Of a stretch of DNA of 64,000 nt, positions 39,949-58,402 are shown in pieces; position 1 is the stretch's first letter; each line of letters starts with the position of its first letter. The notes beneath the pieces are model-generated. The model searched no databases, was not told where the DNA came from, and saw only the letters and a program-made list of their open reading frames with translations. Source of the stretch: the human T2T-CHM13v2.0 reference genome, Homo sapiens; assembly GCF_009914755.1 (NCBI RefSeq), contig NC_060926.1, one strand, 5' to 3'. A program made the position numbers and the translations under genes.

Positions 39949-40500
39949 TCAAAAGTTGATTTTAAAAATTAGTATTTGTTCTTTTTTACTCTTAACCATC
40001 TCCTGATTTTGGTTTCAAAGACTTGCTCTCAGGTAGCAGCAACATACACAAGGCGTCCTCATTTCTTCATTTTTCTGAGAGGAAGTTTGCCTTGAATATA
40101 GTAGTGGATTTCTTCTACACCAGTAACTCCTTCTGAAACCTACTATTTGTGTGAAGGCATATATGTGGTAGAGACAGAACAAATCTTCATTTAGGACTGT
40201 GCCTTGTTTCTTCTTGGAATTGCCATAGTGATAGAATTTTCCCAGAGCCTCAGGCAATTTAAACTTTTTGTAACAAAAAGAAGCACATATATTTTCGGGA
40301 ACTAGGGGGGTGTGGGTGGCGGGGGGCAATGGTATTGGGAAATTTTATTATTCCAGAAGGTTAAGGAGGAGCATGAGCAATTATGGAAATCTGAATTAAA
40401 TTGATTTCATTTGTTTTGAAGATTAGCAATGGAGACATTTGATTAAGCACAAAAAATAATTGATCAGATCCAGTCATTTAGAAGGACTGAAATAAAAACA

Positions 40501-40804
<304 letters not shown>

Positions 40805-42054
40805 TTTAACATTTAACATTGAAATGTTAAATGTTAAAGGTTACATTTAAATATGTCACATTTAGATGTTACATTTCAAATGTTACATTTAGGTGTAACA
40901 TTTAATTGATGGGCTGTTTTTCCTGAAACCTTTGGCTTTTATCCTGTTATTAATTTCTTCCAGTTCTGCTAGAGAGGAGGCCATTGACTCTGGAGAGCTC
41001 GAACTTTCATTTCATCTTCTTCTATAGGTAGATTAGAGGGAGATAAATTAGGGTAGTTTTTTTTTTTTCTTATTTTGAATTTTTTTTTTTTTTTGGCATA
41101 AAATGCTTCCCTTCTTCCTTGAAAATGGCCACGTTTACAAAAATGTTACTCATTAACCACAGGTGTGAGAAGTTAAAAATAAACTTCCCTGCGGGCAGCC
41201 CTCGTAAGTAGAATGTCTGAAAAGTTTGTCAAGAATTGACAGGGTGCCTGCAACCAGGGAGAAAATACTGGATAAGGGCTTTAAATTATGCCATGAAAGC
41301 TAACCAGTTTTCGCTTAATAGGCATTTTGTTTACATTTTAAGTGACTTTATTTTTTAATCAGCACTTTTTAAAAGCCTTAATCTATGCTTTTTGCTTCTT
41401 AACAGGAATATTCTTTTCTCATTAGAGTGATGTAACTCCCAACAGGCATGGCAAAGGTGTTTAACTTATCCAGTAAAATGGGAACTAACTACTGTGTAGC
41501 TGGAACATGTAACCAAAACTGTCTTGGAGAACATTTCATCTTTCCAAGCAAAGTAGCAGCTTCTTGTAAAAATTTTAATTTTGTATGTTATTTCATGTTG
41601 CTGGCATTAAAGAGTTTTTTGTTGTTGTTGAAAGGCTGAATTTAAAAAAAAATAGAAGTTTTGCCATATTTAAATTATTTTCTATCCTTTTTGCATTAAC
41701 ATACTTTAAACATCTCATATGCAGCTAATCACAAAAGTTAGTTGAGCCAAATGCTTAAAAATAACCACAAACATTATCTAGTAAATAACAATTTATGCCA
41801 ACAATAGACTATTTTGATATGAGCAGTCAATATTTATGCCTACCTGTCTAATTAGTGAATTAATTAGTTAAAATAAATTAAGAATACATTCAATCGAATT
41901 GTAAAGATGCCATATACATGTTATTGTAAATTTATATTGAACTATTTTCTAGATAAGTTTGATATATTCTTTCATTAAGTATGACCATTTTACTGAGATA
42001 AAATGGACATTTAAAATCATTACTATTTTAAACATTAAAAACTAAGGCACTGCT

Positions 42055-42412
<358 letters not shown>

Positions 42413-43603
42413 TTAAGTAGTCACGAAGTCACAAAGATTTCAGCACCTAGATAGAAATAAATAGCTACATTTTATTAAACACTCTAAACCAGATCCAGTA
42501 CTAAGTGTTTCATATGAATTTTTTTCATCTAACCATCAACAAACTTTTAAGGTAAGCACTATCATCCTCTCCTCTTACAGATGAGGATATAAAGCTTAGA
42601 AAAACAATGTGCAAAAATGCTACTCATTAAGCACAGATGTGAAAAGGAAAAAGAAAATGCCCTGAAGGCAGCTCGCATGAGTATAATGTCTGAGAAGTTT
42701 GTTGATAATTGACAAAGAATGAAGTTTTCTCAATCACAAGCCTTGTAGAAATTGTGGCGTCAAGTTGTGTCACTGTCAATACCAGGTGATTAGTCAAGTG
42801 ATTACATAATGGTCTCCCTCAGAACCAAAGGTATGGGCAAGACAACTGGCTAAAGAATTTTGTGGGTGACTTCTTTCACATGAGATTAATTTATCAAAAG
42901 ATGTCACACAGGACTCTGCTAACTGACACGCTACCAGTTTCCATCTGTTGTAGCCAAGGCCATTCTTCTGGGAACCAATTTCCTTCAAACAGCCTGGCTG
43001 TGTTTCAGCATTTTGAATCAAATGTGGAAGATTGTTACCATCGACTCTCCACTGGGCTGGAAGTTTGCTGGGGGCAGAGGCTCTGTCTTGTTTCCTCTGT
43101 ATGCCCAGCACTAGGTACCAGGCACCCTTGGATAAGTACTTGGCAAATGTCAAATGAATGAATGGAAGGAGAGAAGGGCAGATGACAAACACTCTGAGAT
43201 TCACATTCAGTGACTATCCAGCCAGGCACAGTGCTAAGTGCTCTGCATATGCTATTTTATTTTATCTTCAAACTACTGCCAGAAGTAGATATCAATAGTG
43301 CCATTTTACTCTCTGAAGCTCGGAGCTGAAAGATGGTCCTAGAGCTTATGCTGTAAGAAAGGGACAGAGCTGAAATTGAAATCACGGTCCTCCTGACACA
43401 AAATTCTTGCTCTTACCGAAGACATACATGGCTTTCCCCAAAGAGACTTTGCCCTATATGTTAAAAGAACGTTGGAAACACTCTCAGGCAGTTACTTTTT
43501 ATCTTCCTCTAGATCGTTCTGCCTTGCTTCTGGGCCCTGGGCCTGACCCTGTGAACTGCGGGGCTGCTTCCTCTGTTTGCTGGAGGACAGAGGACGGAGA
43601 TGA

Positions 43604-46511
<2,908 letters not shown>

Positions 46512-47811
46512 AGACAATAAATTCTTGAAAGATTCCTGATACTTTACCAACTTACACATTAAGTTAATCTTCCCATTTTCTTTGTCCAATTAAGTTTTAA
46601 AGCAAAATAATATAAATATTTATAGACCCAAATTGTAAACACATTTCAGTTTTGAAGAACAATATAAAGTAAATATACTATGGAATTACAATTAGAAAAC
46701 CAAGTTTGCACTGATATTTTTAAAACTTCTCTGGGGAACTTAGTTTTTCAACTTAAGGACACAAGTATTAAATTAGAAGGTATTTTCCTTCACTAACGAA
46801 AATTTTTGTTTTTTAATTATCTATTCTTGTCTTTCAAATTTAAGTTTTAATGGCGGACCAATTAATGTTGCTTAAAGTTACAACTTAGACAAACAGTTAA
46901 AATAGCTTAGCAAATTGTGGTTCTGGTTGTTCTCCTATAGGTAATTAAGAGGGCAATGACTCAAGATTTAAAAAATTAAATAACATGTCCACACAATTTT
47001 CTCTGAAATGTTCCCTTCAGATTTTTAAAACAGGTTTATTGAGATATAATTGCCATCTCATAAGCCCCACATACCTGTATACAATTTGACAAGTATTGAC
47101 ATACTTTTGACAATTTTCTATTACGTACATTTTATCTTTTCTTTTTTCTTTTTTTTACACCACCCCTCTCCACTTATTACATATATTTTGACTGTTGTTT
47201 TAATATTTCCTTTTAGCTTATATAGCATTAAATCCTTTTCTATCAGTCTGAGCTTTGGAAAGAAATTTTATTTTTTTGGAACAAGATATCAAAGAGTAAA
47301 ATTGAAGAAAAGTTTAATCTCAAACTCATGGGGGAAAAGACATCACAGGAAATAAATGCTAAAACCATGGCTTTTTTATGTGTTGAATTAAATAGTTATT
47401 AAGTTAATTGGTAGATAATTATGAGATCTATTATCATTTAATATAATTAGTATGTAAATAAGGTGATATAAATTATGTTCTGTGAGAAGTTGTCACTGAT
47501 GGTGATTGTTATCTCTGTGTAAAAGTGAGAAAACCAACAGAAAGATGATGATTATTAGTGGCAAGATTAATGATCATGGGCCTTTTCTAATTCTTATGGC
47601 CCAATCTGGTATTTTTCTTCTCCTCATTTTGACTTTACCTATACTTTTTTTTTTTTCCACACAGGCCAGCATATTATTATAGCTCTTTCAAAAATTTTAT
47701 ATTGATTCTTTTTTCCCCAACAGTACTGTAAACTCTTTGATTGTAGGCACTAAATTAATTCCTTTTAGAAAGACTTTTTTTTTTCTTTCTACCATTTGAA
47801 GTTTTTTAAGT

Positions 47812-48268
47812 TGTGTGGTGGAGACTGCTAGTTGCCCACACAGATCCATTCTCTTCTTTCACAGTTAGTCCCATTGTACACAGTTAGGCTAAATTTTACA
47901 GTCTCCCTTGTAGTTAGGCATGGCAATAGAAATAGTTCCTCATCAGTGGACTGTGAGAAGAAGCGATCTATCCCAACTCTGGTTCTGTGCCTTAGTTTAA
48001 TAACGTCACTCCTCCAGATTCCCTTGTTCATTCCCACTAGCTGAAATACACAACACAGAGGACACCCAGCTTCTAACCATGTAGATGATCAAAATGCCTT
48101 GGGAAAATTTGGGACCTGAATTATCATGAAGAGCAGACCTTGACTATTGACATGAGCCATTCACTTTGAGACTGTTGCATGAGAAGTAGACACCCTCCTT
48201 TATTGTAGAAGGCCCTGTGTTACTGAGCAGCTTTGTTACAGCAGCCCAGCTTTCATAGTAACCAGTAT
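47812..48268 (+). mobile_element. Old MaLR LTR (MLT1-type)
   Basis: Starts TGTG; CTCCCTTGTAGTTAGGCATGG and terminal TTTGTTACAGCAGC motifs; by eye. Confidence 0.6.
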
Positions 48269-48518
48269 GATGCACTACCTTCCTTACATGCCTAGTTGCT
48301 CAGCTGCTCTGTTCCTGCTGACTGCATGTGATTTGTTTACTAGCTTTGCCCTGGTATTTGCAATTCTACTTTCGAGTTTCCTCTCTTTTCCTAGCTTTCC
48401 ATAAACTCCACGCAGAATTTTAGCTTCTAAGCTAAACTCCCATAATATTTTACCATTTGTTTTTAAATAATAAATTCAAGTCTTCCGTTAAATATTCTTG
48501 AGCACCTGCTAAGAGAAC

Positions 48519-48955
48519 TGTTATGGTTTGAATGATGTCCCTCCCAAATTCAGTCTGGACCCCCAGTCTTTCAGAATGTAACCTGATTTGGAAATAGGAT
48601 CTTTAAAGAGGTCATCAAGTTAAAACACGTACATCAGGGTGGATCCCAATCCAATATGACTGCTGTCCTATAAGAGAGGGAAACAGACACACGGGCAGGG
48701 AGAATGCCAGGAAAGATGAAGATAAAGATCAGGGTGAGGCATCTACAAGCCAAGGAGAAACGAAGATTTACCGCAAACCACCAGAAGCTGGAGGAGAGGC
48801 ATGGAATAGATTCTTCCTCACAACCTTCAGAAGGAACCCACACTGCTGACATCTTGATTTTGGACTTCTGGTTTTGAGAAGTGTAAGACAATGCATTTCT
48901 GTGGTTTAAGGCCTCCATTCTATGGTACTTTGTATTACCCTAGCAAATGAATCCA
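48519..48955 (+). mobile_element. MaLR solo LTR (MLT1B/C-like)
   Basis: TGTTATGGTTTGAATG...CTACAAGCCAAGG...CACCAGAAGCTGGAGGAGAGGCATGGAA...TATGGTACTTTGT. Confidence 0.85.
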
Positions 48956-50299
48956 AGCACCTGGAGTATTAATGATAACAAGAGAATGAGTGATAAATTT
49001 AGGTTCATAGATAGAACTCCAGAGGCATGACATAATATGCCCAAAGGCAAATGCCTGGTTAACTGAAGGGCTGAATTTGTTGATTCTTGCTCTTTCTTAC
49101 AGATGTTTTTGTGTCAATCATTGTGTGTAGGAGACGTTGATAGATAAGATGTAGGCTCTACTTTTAAGGAATGTAAAATGTACTAGTCAGTTGACAGAGA
49201 TAAAAAGGTTGATTTTTGTACACTATTGGCAAGTGTGTCAGTTGGAAAAATGTATACATGTGCACAGATTTTTAGGAGTGAAAATTGAGGTAATCTTTTA
49301 AAAGGACATTTTGGCAATATTTAAAATGCACGAACCTAAGACACAGTAGACTGAACACAAGCATTTCCTCTACACCCTCCTGAAATCACACCTATAGTTC
49401 AGAGATGAAAACAATTTAAACCTACAAGAATAAAGAGAATAAGAAAGGAGACAGTAGATGAGAGACAACAACATTTTGGAAAAAGGAACACAGGTGGAGA
49501 AGTGATACCTAAGGTCACAGAATTAATGCCTGCAAGCCAAAAAAAAAAAAAGAAGCTGATTGATATTCAAGAAACCCGGAAAGCCTCAATCATGGGAGGC
49601 ATCAGGTACCTCTGAAGGGAGGGCAGGAAAGTGGGACTGAGAGGTGTTTGAAAGTATCTGCATAAAGAATAACTGGACGCCCTTGTTACTCCTGCCCCTA
49701 TTCTACCCAGCCATGGACTGATCCACTCCTCTTGCCCAAGTAGGACCCAGGAAATTTGCTGTGTAGATAGATTGAACCAGAAAAACCCCAAACTCAGTGG
49801 CAGGGAGGGTGATAGTGGTGAAGCACAGGGCTAAAAAAAATGGAGAGTTAAGTGAAGGTATACATGCTTACTCTCCATTTGGCAGATTGAAAATGTTCTC
49901 TCTGGACTTAGTCTCTTTGGAGACAATAATCTGTAGATCTGACACTGGGGAGTCCTGTAGTGAAATAGCCAGATTCTAACCCCATCACCTACAGTGTTGC
50001 CAATCAGTCACTAAGCTCCACTCCTCTGTGCAGTTTCCAATCAGATCTTTAGTGTCCCGATTCTAAACATGAATGGATGTCAAAGGATCAGTCACCAAAC
50101 CTTTGAGAAAAGCCTCTGACACAAAAGGTTAAAGTGAATTTATAGAATACAAAACAAAAGAATAAGAGGCAATGCAAAAAATAGAAGAAAGTGAAAAATA
50201 AAAACAAACTAAAACCTAAAATCATGACTGTAGAAAGAGAAGATATTGTGAGAAGGAAACAAGAATAGTGATCTATACATGTATGAATATTTAGAGACC

Positions 50300-50555
50300 A
50301 AGACCCCAATCCTATAAGATTAGCATCCTTATTAGAAGAGACACCAGAGACATCTCCCCCACCCTGTACGCCTTCCTGACCCCAGGCAAGCACAGAGGAA
50401 AAGGAATGTAACAGGAAAAGAGCCCGCACCAGAAACGAACCCTGCCAGACCTTGATCTTGACTACCAGCCTCCAGAACTGTGAGAAAATGAATTTCCATT
50501 ATTTAAGCCCCCTAATTTGTGGTATCTGTTATGGCAGCCCAAGGAGACTAGCATA
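50300..50555 (+). mobile_element. MLT1A-like LTR fragment
   Basis: CCTTGATCTTG...CCAGCCTCCAGAACTGTGAGAAAATGAATTTC...TGTTATGGCAGCCC. Confidence 0.8.
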
Positions 50556-50662
50556 ATGTATCACATTTAATAAAATTAAATGAACACTAAAAACAGAATG
50601 CATTTGCCTTTTGAGGCAGCAATTCCAAATTTCTCTCTGTTCTTTAAGATATGTAACTTAAC

Positions 50663-50989
50663 CTAGGAGTCAGCAAACCCAGGGGCCAAATCCAGCCTAC
50701 CCTTTGTTTTTGTGCAGCCTGTGAGCTAAGATTGATTTTTAGAATTTATGCAGTTGAAAAATTTAAAAATAATATTTTATGACATGAGAATGTTATATGA
50801 GATTCAAATTTCAGTGTTCATAAATGAAGTTTAAAAATATATAGCCACATCTATTTTTAAAAATGTATCATCCCTGGCTACTTTTCTGCTACAGTGGCAC
50901 AGTTGAGCAGTTGTGACAGGGACCATATTGACTACAAAACTGAAAATATTTACTATGTGTTCATTTAGGAAAAAGTTTGCTGACTGCTG
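50663..50989. mobile_element. MER58B-like hAT-Charlie MITE
   Basis: Imperfect TIRs (TAGGAGTCAGCAAAC ... GTTTGCTGACTGCTG) and internal GTGAGCTAAGA and AAAATATTTACTAT motifs. Confidence 0.8.
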
Positions 50990-51176
50990 GTGTAGACCAT
51001 CTGAGTGAAATTTCCTTCCAGATTCTTATAATATTTTCTCCAATCTTTTATAGTTGTCGTGCCCAAACTGAATTAACAGCAATATTTTAAATATCTCAAT
51101 TTTATTGCGTCTTTCCAAAGTAATTCAAATTGGTTTTCTTAGGAATTGCTCTCTTTCAACATTTTGATTTTAAAGA

Positions 51177-51953
51177 TAATATGGTTTGGATATTCACCCC
51201 CTCCAAATCTCATGTTGAAATGTGATCCCCAATTGTATTAGTCCATTGTCATACTGCTATGAAGAAATACCTGAGACTGAGTAATTTATAAAGAAAAAGA
51301 GATTTAATGACTGGGAAGGCCTCACAGTCATGAAGGAAGGCGAAGGAGCAGCAAAGGCACATTTTACATGGTGGCAGGCAAGACAGCATGTACAGGGGAA
51401 TTGCTGTTTATAAAACCATCAGATCTCATGAGACTCACTCACTATCACAAGAACAGCACCGGAAAGCCTACCTCCATGATTCAATTACCTCGAACTTGGT
51501 CCCTCTCATGACACATGGGGATAATGGGAGCTACAATTCAAGATGAGATTTGGGTGGGGACACAGCCAAACCATGTCACCAATGTTGGAGGTGTGGTCTA
51601 GCGGAGGTGTTTGGGTAATAGGGCAGATCCCTCATCAGTAGCCTGGTGCCAACCTCATGGTAATGAGTGAGTTCTCACTCTATTAGTTCTTGGGAGAGTT
51701 GATTGTTAAAAGGAGTCTGGCACTTCCTCCCTTTTCTCTCTTTCCCCCTTTCTCTCTCCATGTGACATACCTGCTCCCCCTGCACCTTCTGCCATCAGTA
51801 AAAGCTTCCTGAGGCCTCCCCAGAAGCCAAGCAGATGCTGTATATTGCCATGCTTGTACAGCCTGCAGAACCATGAGCCAAATAAACCTCTTTTCTTAAC
51901 CAATTGCCCAGCCTCAAGTATTTCTTTATAGCAATGCAAAACAGATGAATACA
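51177..51953 (+). mobile_element. MST-type MaLR LTR interrupted by an antisense THE1 solo LTR (51234-51578)
   Basis: Outer LTR runs T(A)ATATGGTTTGG...GAATACA. Inner LTR runs TGTATTAGTCC...AAACCATGTCA with a 5-bp TSD CCAAT on both sides. Confidence 0.9.
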
Positions 51954-54900
51954 AAAGGCAAAAACAGCTTAATTACATAATTATCAAATCCATTACAATG
52001 GCAATAAACAGTTTGGTACCCAACAACTGACTTCTGTTAAACATATAACTCAAATTATAAGAGCACAAGAGCAGTGACCTGCTAGGGTGGAATCATGAGC
52101 TTTGAGTATACCTTGGACATCACCAGCACATTTTATGGAGGGAAAGCAGAGCACAGTTGGGAAGTGGGTTGCATGGAAGTTGCGTAAGAGATTTTATGTT
52201 GTAATTAGCCTAGTTATTTCAGGTATCTGATTTTTTTTCTCGTCCCAATTAAAGAATAAATCTCCTAAGAGCAGGGATAATATTTTGATTTCTTTTGTAT
52301 TCTTCTTTCAAGCATGGAGCACCAAGTTGGGCACATGACAAATGTTGAATAAATCCCTCTTGAAAGGTTAGATGATGAAGCTTCTACATGCCAGAGATGA
52401 CCATTCTTGGGGTAAGTCAGCTCTCAGCCACCTAGAAAGGTTTTCTCAACCGCTGATTTTAGACTCTCAATCTGTTTTGATTTGCGATGCTGTATTCTTC
52501 TTTGCCATTCTCCCAAATGACACGTCAGCTTTCATGATTCATTTTTATGTTTTCTTGTCTATCGCCTCAATGTTGGATTTCTGCCTAAGCAGCAAAATTC
52601 AAAGAAATCTCTTCTGTTGGAATTGCTGATGTGAAAGAAGCCCATGAGGTTCAAATGACCTCATAGTGCATAAAACAATGTGAGTGAATATGGGGAGTAC
52701 TATTTATTGTTCAAGACAAAAATGAGTATGTTGTGAAAAGCTTGCTCAGTTTATGGTAAGATGAAATTGCTGACTGAAGACTGCCTAAAACTCAAGTTCT
52801 GAAATGTCATTAATATGGACAATAAAAAGGAACTGTCTTAGAAAGTTAATTGTTACACATAATGTACATAATTCTTGCAATAACTATTTTGATTTTTAGC
52901 TACCCAGGAGTATGATCAAGAATCTGTAGTAGTACAATCTAGTTTAAGTTGCCTTGTTGGTTCTAAGAGAAAAATTCTTTGGGGTTGAAAATTAGCCCAT
53001 TTTGTAACACATCTCTGTGTACAATTACTGTTAAAAGTTGAATATGTGAAATCTGGTGGCATAGTAAGCACTGATAGAAATTAGGTTATTTATTAATTTA
53101 TTATTGATTTGCCTTATGATTGTAGAAAGGGTATGTATTTGTATAATTTAATGACTTAATTACTCTCATTGTAAAAGCTGGATAAAATTATATCTGGTCT
53201 ATTCACATCATTAGTATATTGCAAAGATGCTTGACAGTGGCACTGATGGCTTTGGGTGGTATGATATTTATCAATTATAATTTTTATATAATTGACATTC
53301 CAGTTCCTGTTCTGTCAGTATATATCTGTGTGAACTTGATTATACTTAAATCTTTGTGCCTCAGTTTCCCTATTTATAAAACAAATATGTTGAATTAGAT
53401 TAATTCTTATTCCTTGGGTTCAAAAATTACATAACTGTAAAAAAGCTTTTGTCCATTATAATTTTTTAACCTCACCTAAAAATGCCCAAATATAAAATAA
53501 TGATATATGTGCACTTCCTAAACATTCATGTGCACATTTTGCATATACCCAGAATATTGGAGCACACATCTTCGCAAGGAATATAGATTTATATCCTAAA
53601 TTTGCTTTTGTTTCTAAGAGAAGAGATGAAGAGCTCATACCTTACCACCAGCAAGAATAAAAGCTTTGTTTCTCTCCTCTGTTTAAGTAATTAAAATATC
53701 TTTGCTCCTTTACTTTATGATTTCCCATTTTGAGGGTCCCTAGGGGTGAGAGGAGCGCTCATTAAACAACTCATCTCTTTCCTGCCTGAATTCCACATAG
53801 AGAACTAACTGATGGGGGCTAAGGTGAAGGAAGTGGCTCGGGAAGAGAGTGAAGGAGGCCTGCCTAGTGTACCCAGAGTTAGGGAGTCTCATCTATCCTC
53901 TGCAGTCCCTGCTGGCCAGGAGTGGCCCACACAGGGCACATTGCTGTTCCAGTAAAGCCAACTGCACGGACAAACAGAGGAGCAGCAGAGATCGCAGTGA
54001 GCAGCCTCCCTACCCAGGAGAGAAAAGGAGAGCAGAGTTGATCAGGCTGGTCTGGATATTTTCCCCAAATTTACAAAGCCAGTGCGTCACTTCACTTCTC
54101 CAGAGGAGAAACAAAATGGGAAAATTGGCCCAGAGGAGCACCAAGACTGTGCTTACGGAAAATCACCAGGAAATGGGAAAATGTGTTCCCTCTAAACCTA
54201 GAATCATCGTCACTAATAGCTGTGTTCTCTATAAATAAACTTTTGAAAATTAAAAAAGTATAAAATGCCAAGATATGTCGTGTAAAACAATTTAATGTAA
54301 CTTTTCAAGTAGACTTGTCTGTAATGAGACCACTCTTGGTTTTAAATTTGCAGATGCTCTTTGCAAAGAAAGTAGCATGTGTTTAACATTTACCTTCAGT
54401 ATTAACTGTGTTAATACTACCATTGCTTATTTTGACATTTTAGTTTTTAACATTTATATTTGGAGGAATTAAAAAACGACTTGATTTCAAAGGAGGTATA
54501 ACTCATTTTCACAATCTGAGTTCATGTGAATGTTTTAGAAGAAATTTCAGAAATGGCTTTGAAGTTATCTGAGAAAATGTTTACAATTATGCCATTTGGG
54601 AATTACAATTCTATGTGTTGGAATTGTTTCTATGGAGATACAAATTGCTGTACAATGTAGAATGTAGTTTGATAGAATGAGAATGTTAGAATTTTCACAG
54701 TGCTTAAAGACTGGTAATTAAACTATAACTAGCAAGGTAAGAACAAAATAACCACATCTTAAGTACAGTTTGACTTTCATGACTAAAGATAAAAATTACA
54801 GGGAGGTAGGATTTTATTTCACTATAAAGATGAACTTCCTAACGGTAAGAGCTATCTAAGATTGAAATGGGCTGCCATAGTTAAACAAAAAACATAAAAT

Positions 54901-56467
54901 TACTTGGGGATAGTATTTGAAGGGGAGTCACTCATGCTTGTATTGTACTGCATGCCTTCCAAGATCTCTTCCAATTCTAATACTTGTATTCTATAAGAGC
55001 AACAGAATCATGCAATGATGAAAACCTTTTCACCAATTTTTTCTTTTGTATTAGTTAATAGACAATACTAAGAGTACACAGCATGCCTCTGCTTGCAATA
55101 ATAGAAAAGAACCAAGAACATTTAAAATGGGCTATTGAAGGAGACCATTTGAAATAAATTTTTACAAATTAAGGTGTTAAATCATATCTATTTTCTAAGC
55201 AGATTTTTAAAAAAGATCCTTGCAGGATCTTTTTTACTGCTAGTATTCCTTTGTTAGTTCTGAAAAGAGATTCTGTGCATTACTCTGTAAATAGTACTGT
55301 ATATTACTAAAATTTTATTGGTAAAATTATTTGGCTGATTCTAAAGTTTAGAAGAAAAACACTGAACAAAATTTCCCAAAGAACGGACTGTATTAATTTG
55401 AAAGCACAGTCCTGGGGAGTTCCCAAGTGGATGGGTTCTAGTGACCTGGCAATTATTCATCAATTAACCACAGCCACTTATTATCTGTATGAATGGAACA
55501 AAGTTGATACACAGACCTTGAGGCAACAATGATCAGGATATATGGCTAGTTTTCTTATTCCATCTCAGAGTTACACTTCAGAAACAAATTTCCTTAATAT
55601 TTGATATTAAGTGTCATGCCCTCAATGACAACTAGGAGGAGCTGTTTGGTCTCGACTCTGCCTCAGAACTCTTTCCATGGGATCAAACATTGCACCTTGT
55701 ACTGAATTAACCTTTTGTGTCTTTTGACCACATACGTAAAAGGTAAATAAAAATATATGTATTTTAAGCTCTGTTAAAAAAAAAACACAATTGCTGGCCT
55801 CTTGGATAATTAAGAGTTTATAACAATGAAGATTGCTTTGTCCTTTGTTCTCAAGATGCCCTCATGGGCTGTTTTAGAAGGATGACCTGTTCAATTTTCA
55901 CCTCGGTCATCATCTCTGAGTCCTGTTTTTGCACATGGGGACTTTCAGTGCTCCTTACCTCTTCTTTTAGTTTGAAAATAAAGGGTTTTAAAGTCTCAAT
56001 CTAGGGTCTGCACTGAAAAACGTCTTTTCTCTCTAGTGGTTATGCTAATGCAAGTTCTCCAATGTTACTCTGCATAACTGAATCACTAACTCTGCATTTC
56101 AAAGTGCCAACACTGGTAAACCTGAAAATTTATTAATGTAACAAACATTGTGCTGGAAACAAAAATATGGTTTCTGATCTCAAACATTTTAAGATCACAT
56201 TGGAGAAAAGACACGAACTGTAATATCTTCACAATTGGTAATAGCAGCAGTTAGAAACAACAGGTTAGGCAGTAGAGGACATTTTCTCTGTCACAGAACT
56301 GAGAAATTGTCAACATATATACTTTTTTTGGTGTGTGCATTTTGGGGAGTAAAGAACATGGGGATGAGTAAAATTTATAAACCTTTATTTTTTTGCGTCT
56401 TCCTAAAATGTCAAGTCTTTAAGAACCCATCAGCAAATAATATTAGCTTGATCATCCTCAAATAATG

Positions 56468-56949
<482 letters not shown>

Positions 56950-57439
56950 TAGAACAAATGACCACAAATCTAGCCCGTTAAAACAACACTCATTTATTGT
57001 CTCACAGTTCAGTAGGTCAGAAATCTGGGTGGGCTTGACTGGGTTTTCTGCTTAGGGTCTCATGAGGCTGAAATCAAGGCTGGGCTCCTATCTGAAGGCT
57101 CTGGAGAAGAGTCTGCCTCCAAACTCAGATGGATTGTTGGCAGAATTCAGTTCCTGGTGGTTGTTGCCAGCGGTTGTTTTCAGAAACTAGAAGCAGCTCT
57201 CCAGTCCTTGCACGTGTTCCCCTCCATCTTCAGGTAGCAGTGGCCTTGTGCTTTGAATCTCTCTGACATTTCCTCTGTCACCAGTCTGAGAAAGCTCTTT
57301 GCTTTTAAAAGGTTCATGTGATTAGATTAGGCCCACCAGATAATCTGCTTTTAATTAACACAAAAATAACTAATTAATAACCTTAATTACATCTGCAAAA
57401 TCGCTTTTGCCACATAACATAACATAATCAAAAGTGCAG

Positions 57440-57695
57440 TGAGAGGTTGTGTAGTAAAGTGGCTAAGGGCATGGGCTTGAGAATCAGACTATCTGGGTTC
57501 AAAGTCATGCTCTATCACTAAATTAGGTGACACTGGACAAAGCTTTTTAGCTTCTCCGTGCTTCTGCAAAACAAGCATCATCTTTAATAACCTGCCTTGT
57601 TGGTTGGATTTTAAAGGGATCATTCTTAACAAATATTTAGCAGAGTGCCTGGCACATAATAGTTGCTCAATGAGTAACATTTAGTATTATTATTG
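57440..57695. mobile_element. MIR
   Basis: CTGGGTTCAAAGTC...GGACAAAG...GCAGAGTGCCTGGCACATAATAGTTGCTCAAT. Confidence 0.8.
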
Positions 57696-58107
57696 TAGAA
57701 AAAGAAAATGAGAAAGAAAAAGTGAGAGAAAAGAAAGAAGTGAAAGAAAATTGTTGTAGACAGAGTGATCAAGGAAGGATTTATAAAGGAGGTGAGGCTT
57801 GAGTTGGATTAAGGTTAACTGAATTTTTGTAAGCATGAAGAGGGGCAATGTATTCATTCTAAATTATAACAAATTTACCAATAAAAGGTTTGTATTTTGT
57901 AGAAATGAGAAACTGATTACATCTGCTTATTTGGACAGTGAATGGAACCACATATTCTGCCTGTTGGCAAACACCAAATCTGTATAGTTTATTTTCTTCA
58001 AAGGTAAGTAATGAGAAAATTAACTGACAAGGCACACTGGATCAACAGGTTACTATGCTATATTTGATAAATAGGCTTATTCCTGATACCTCAGACTTAC
58101 TCCAGGA

Positions 58108-58402
<295 letters not shown>

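Noticed and set aside
40840-40903. Repeat-spacer-like appearance of the GTTACATTT units (CRISPR-like)
   Set aside because: Units are ~14 nt with no unique spacers, there are no cas genes, and the context is eukaryotic.
55208-55236. Resemblance to a bacterial rho-independent terminator
   Set aside because: The context is primate intergenic DNA with no bacterial ORF or vector sequence. Kept only as a DNA hairpin.
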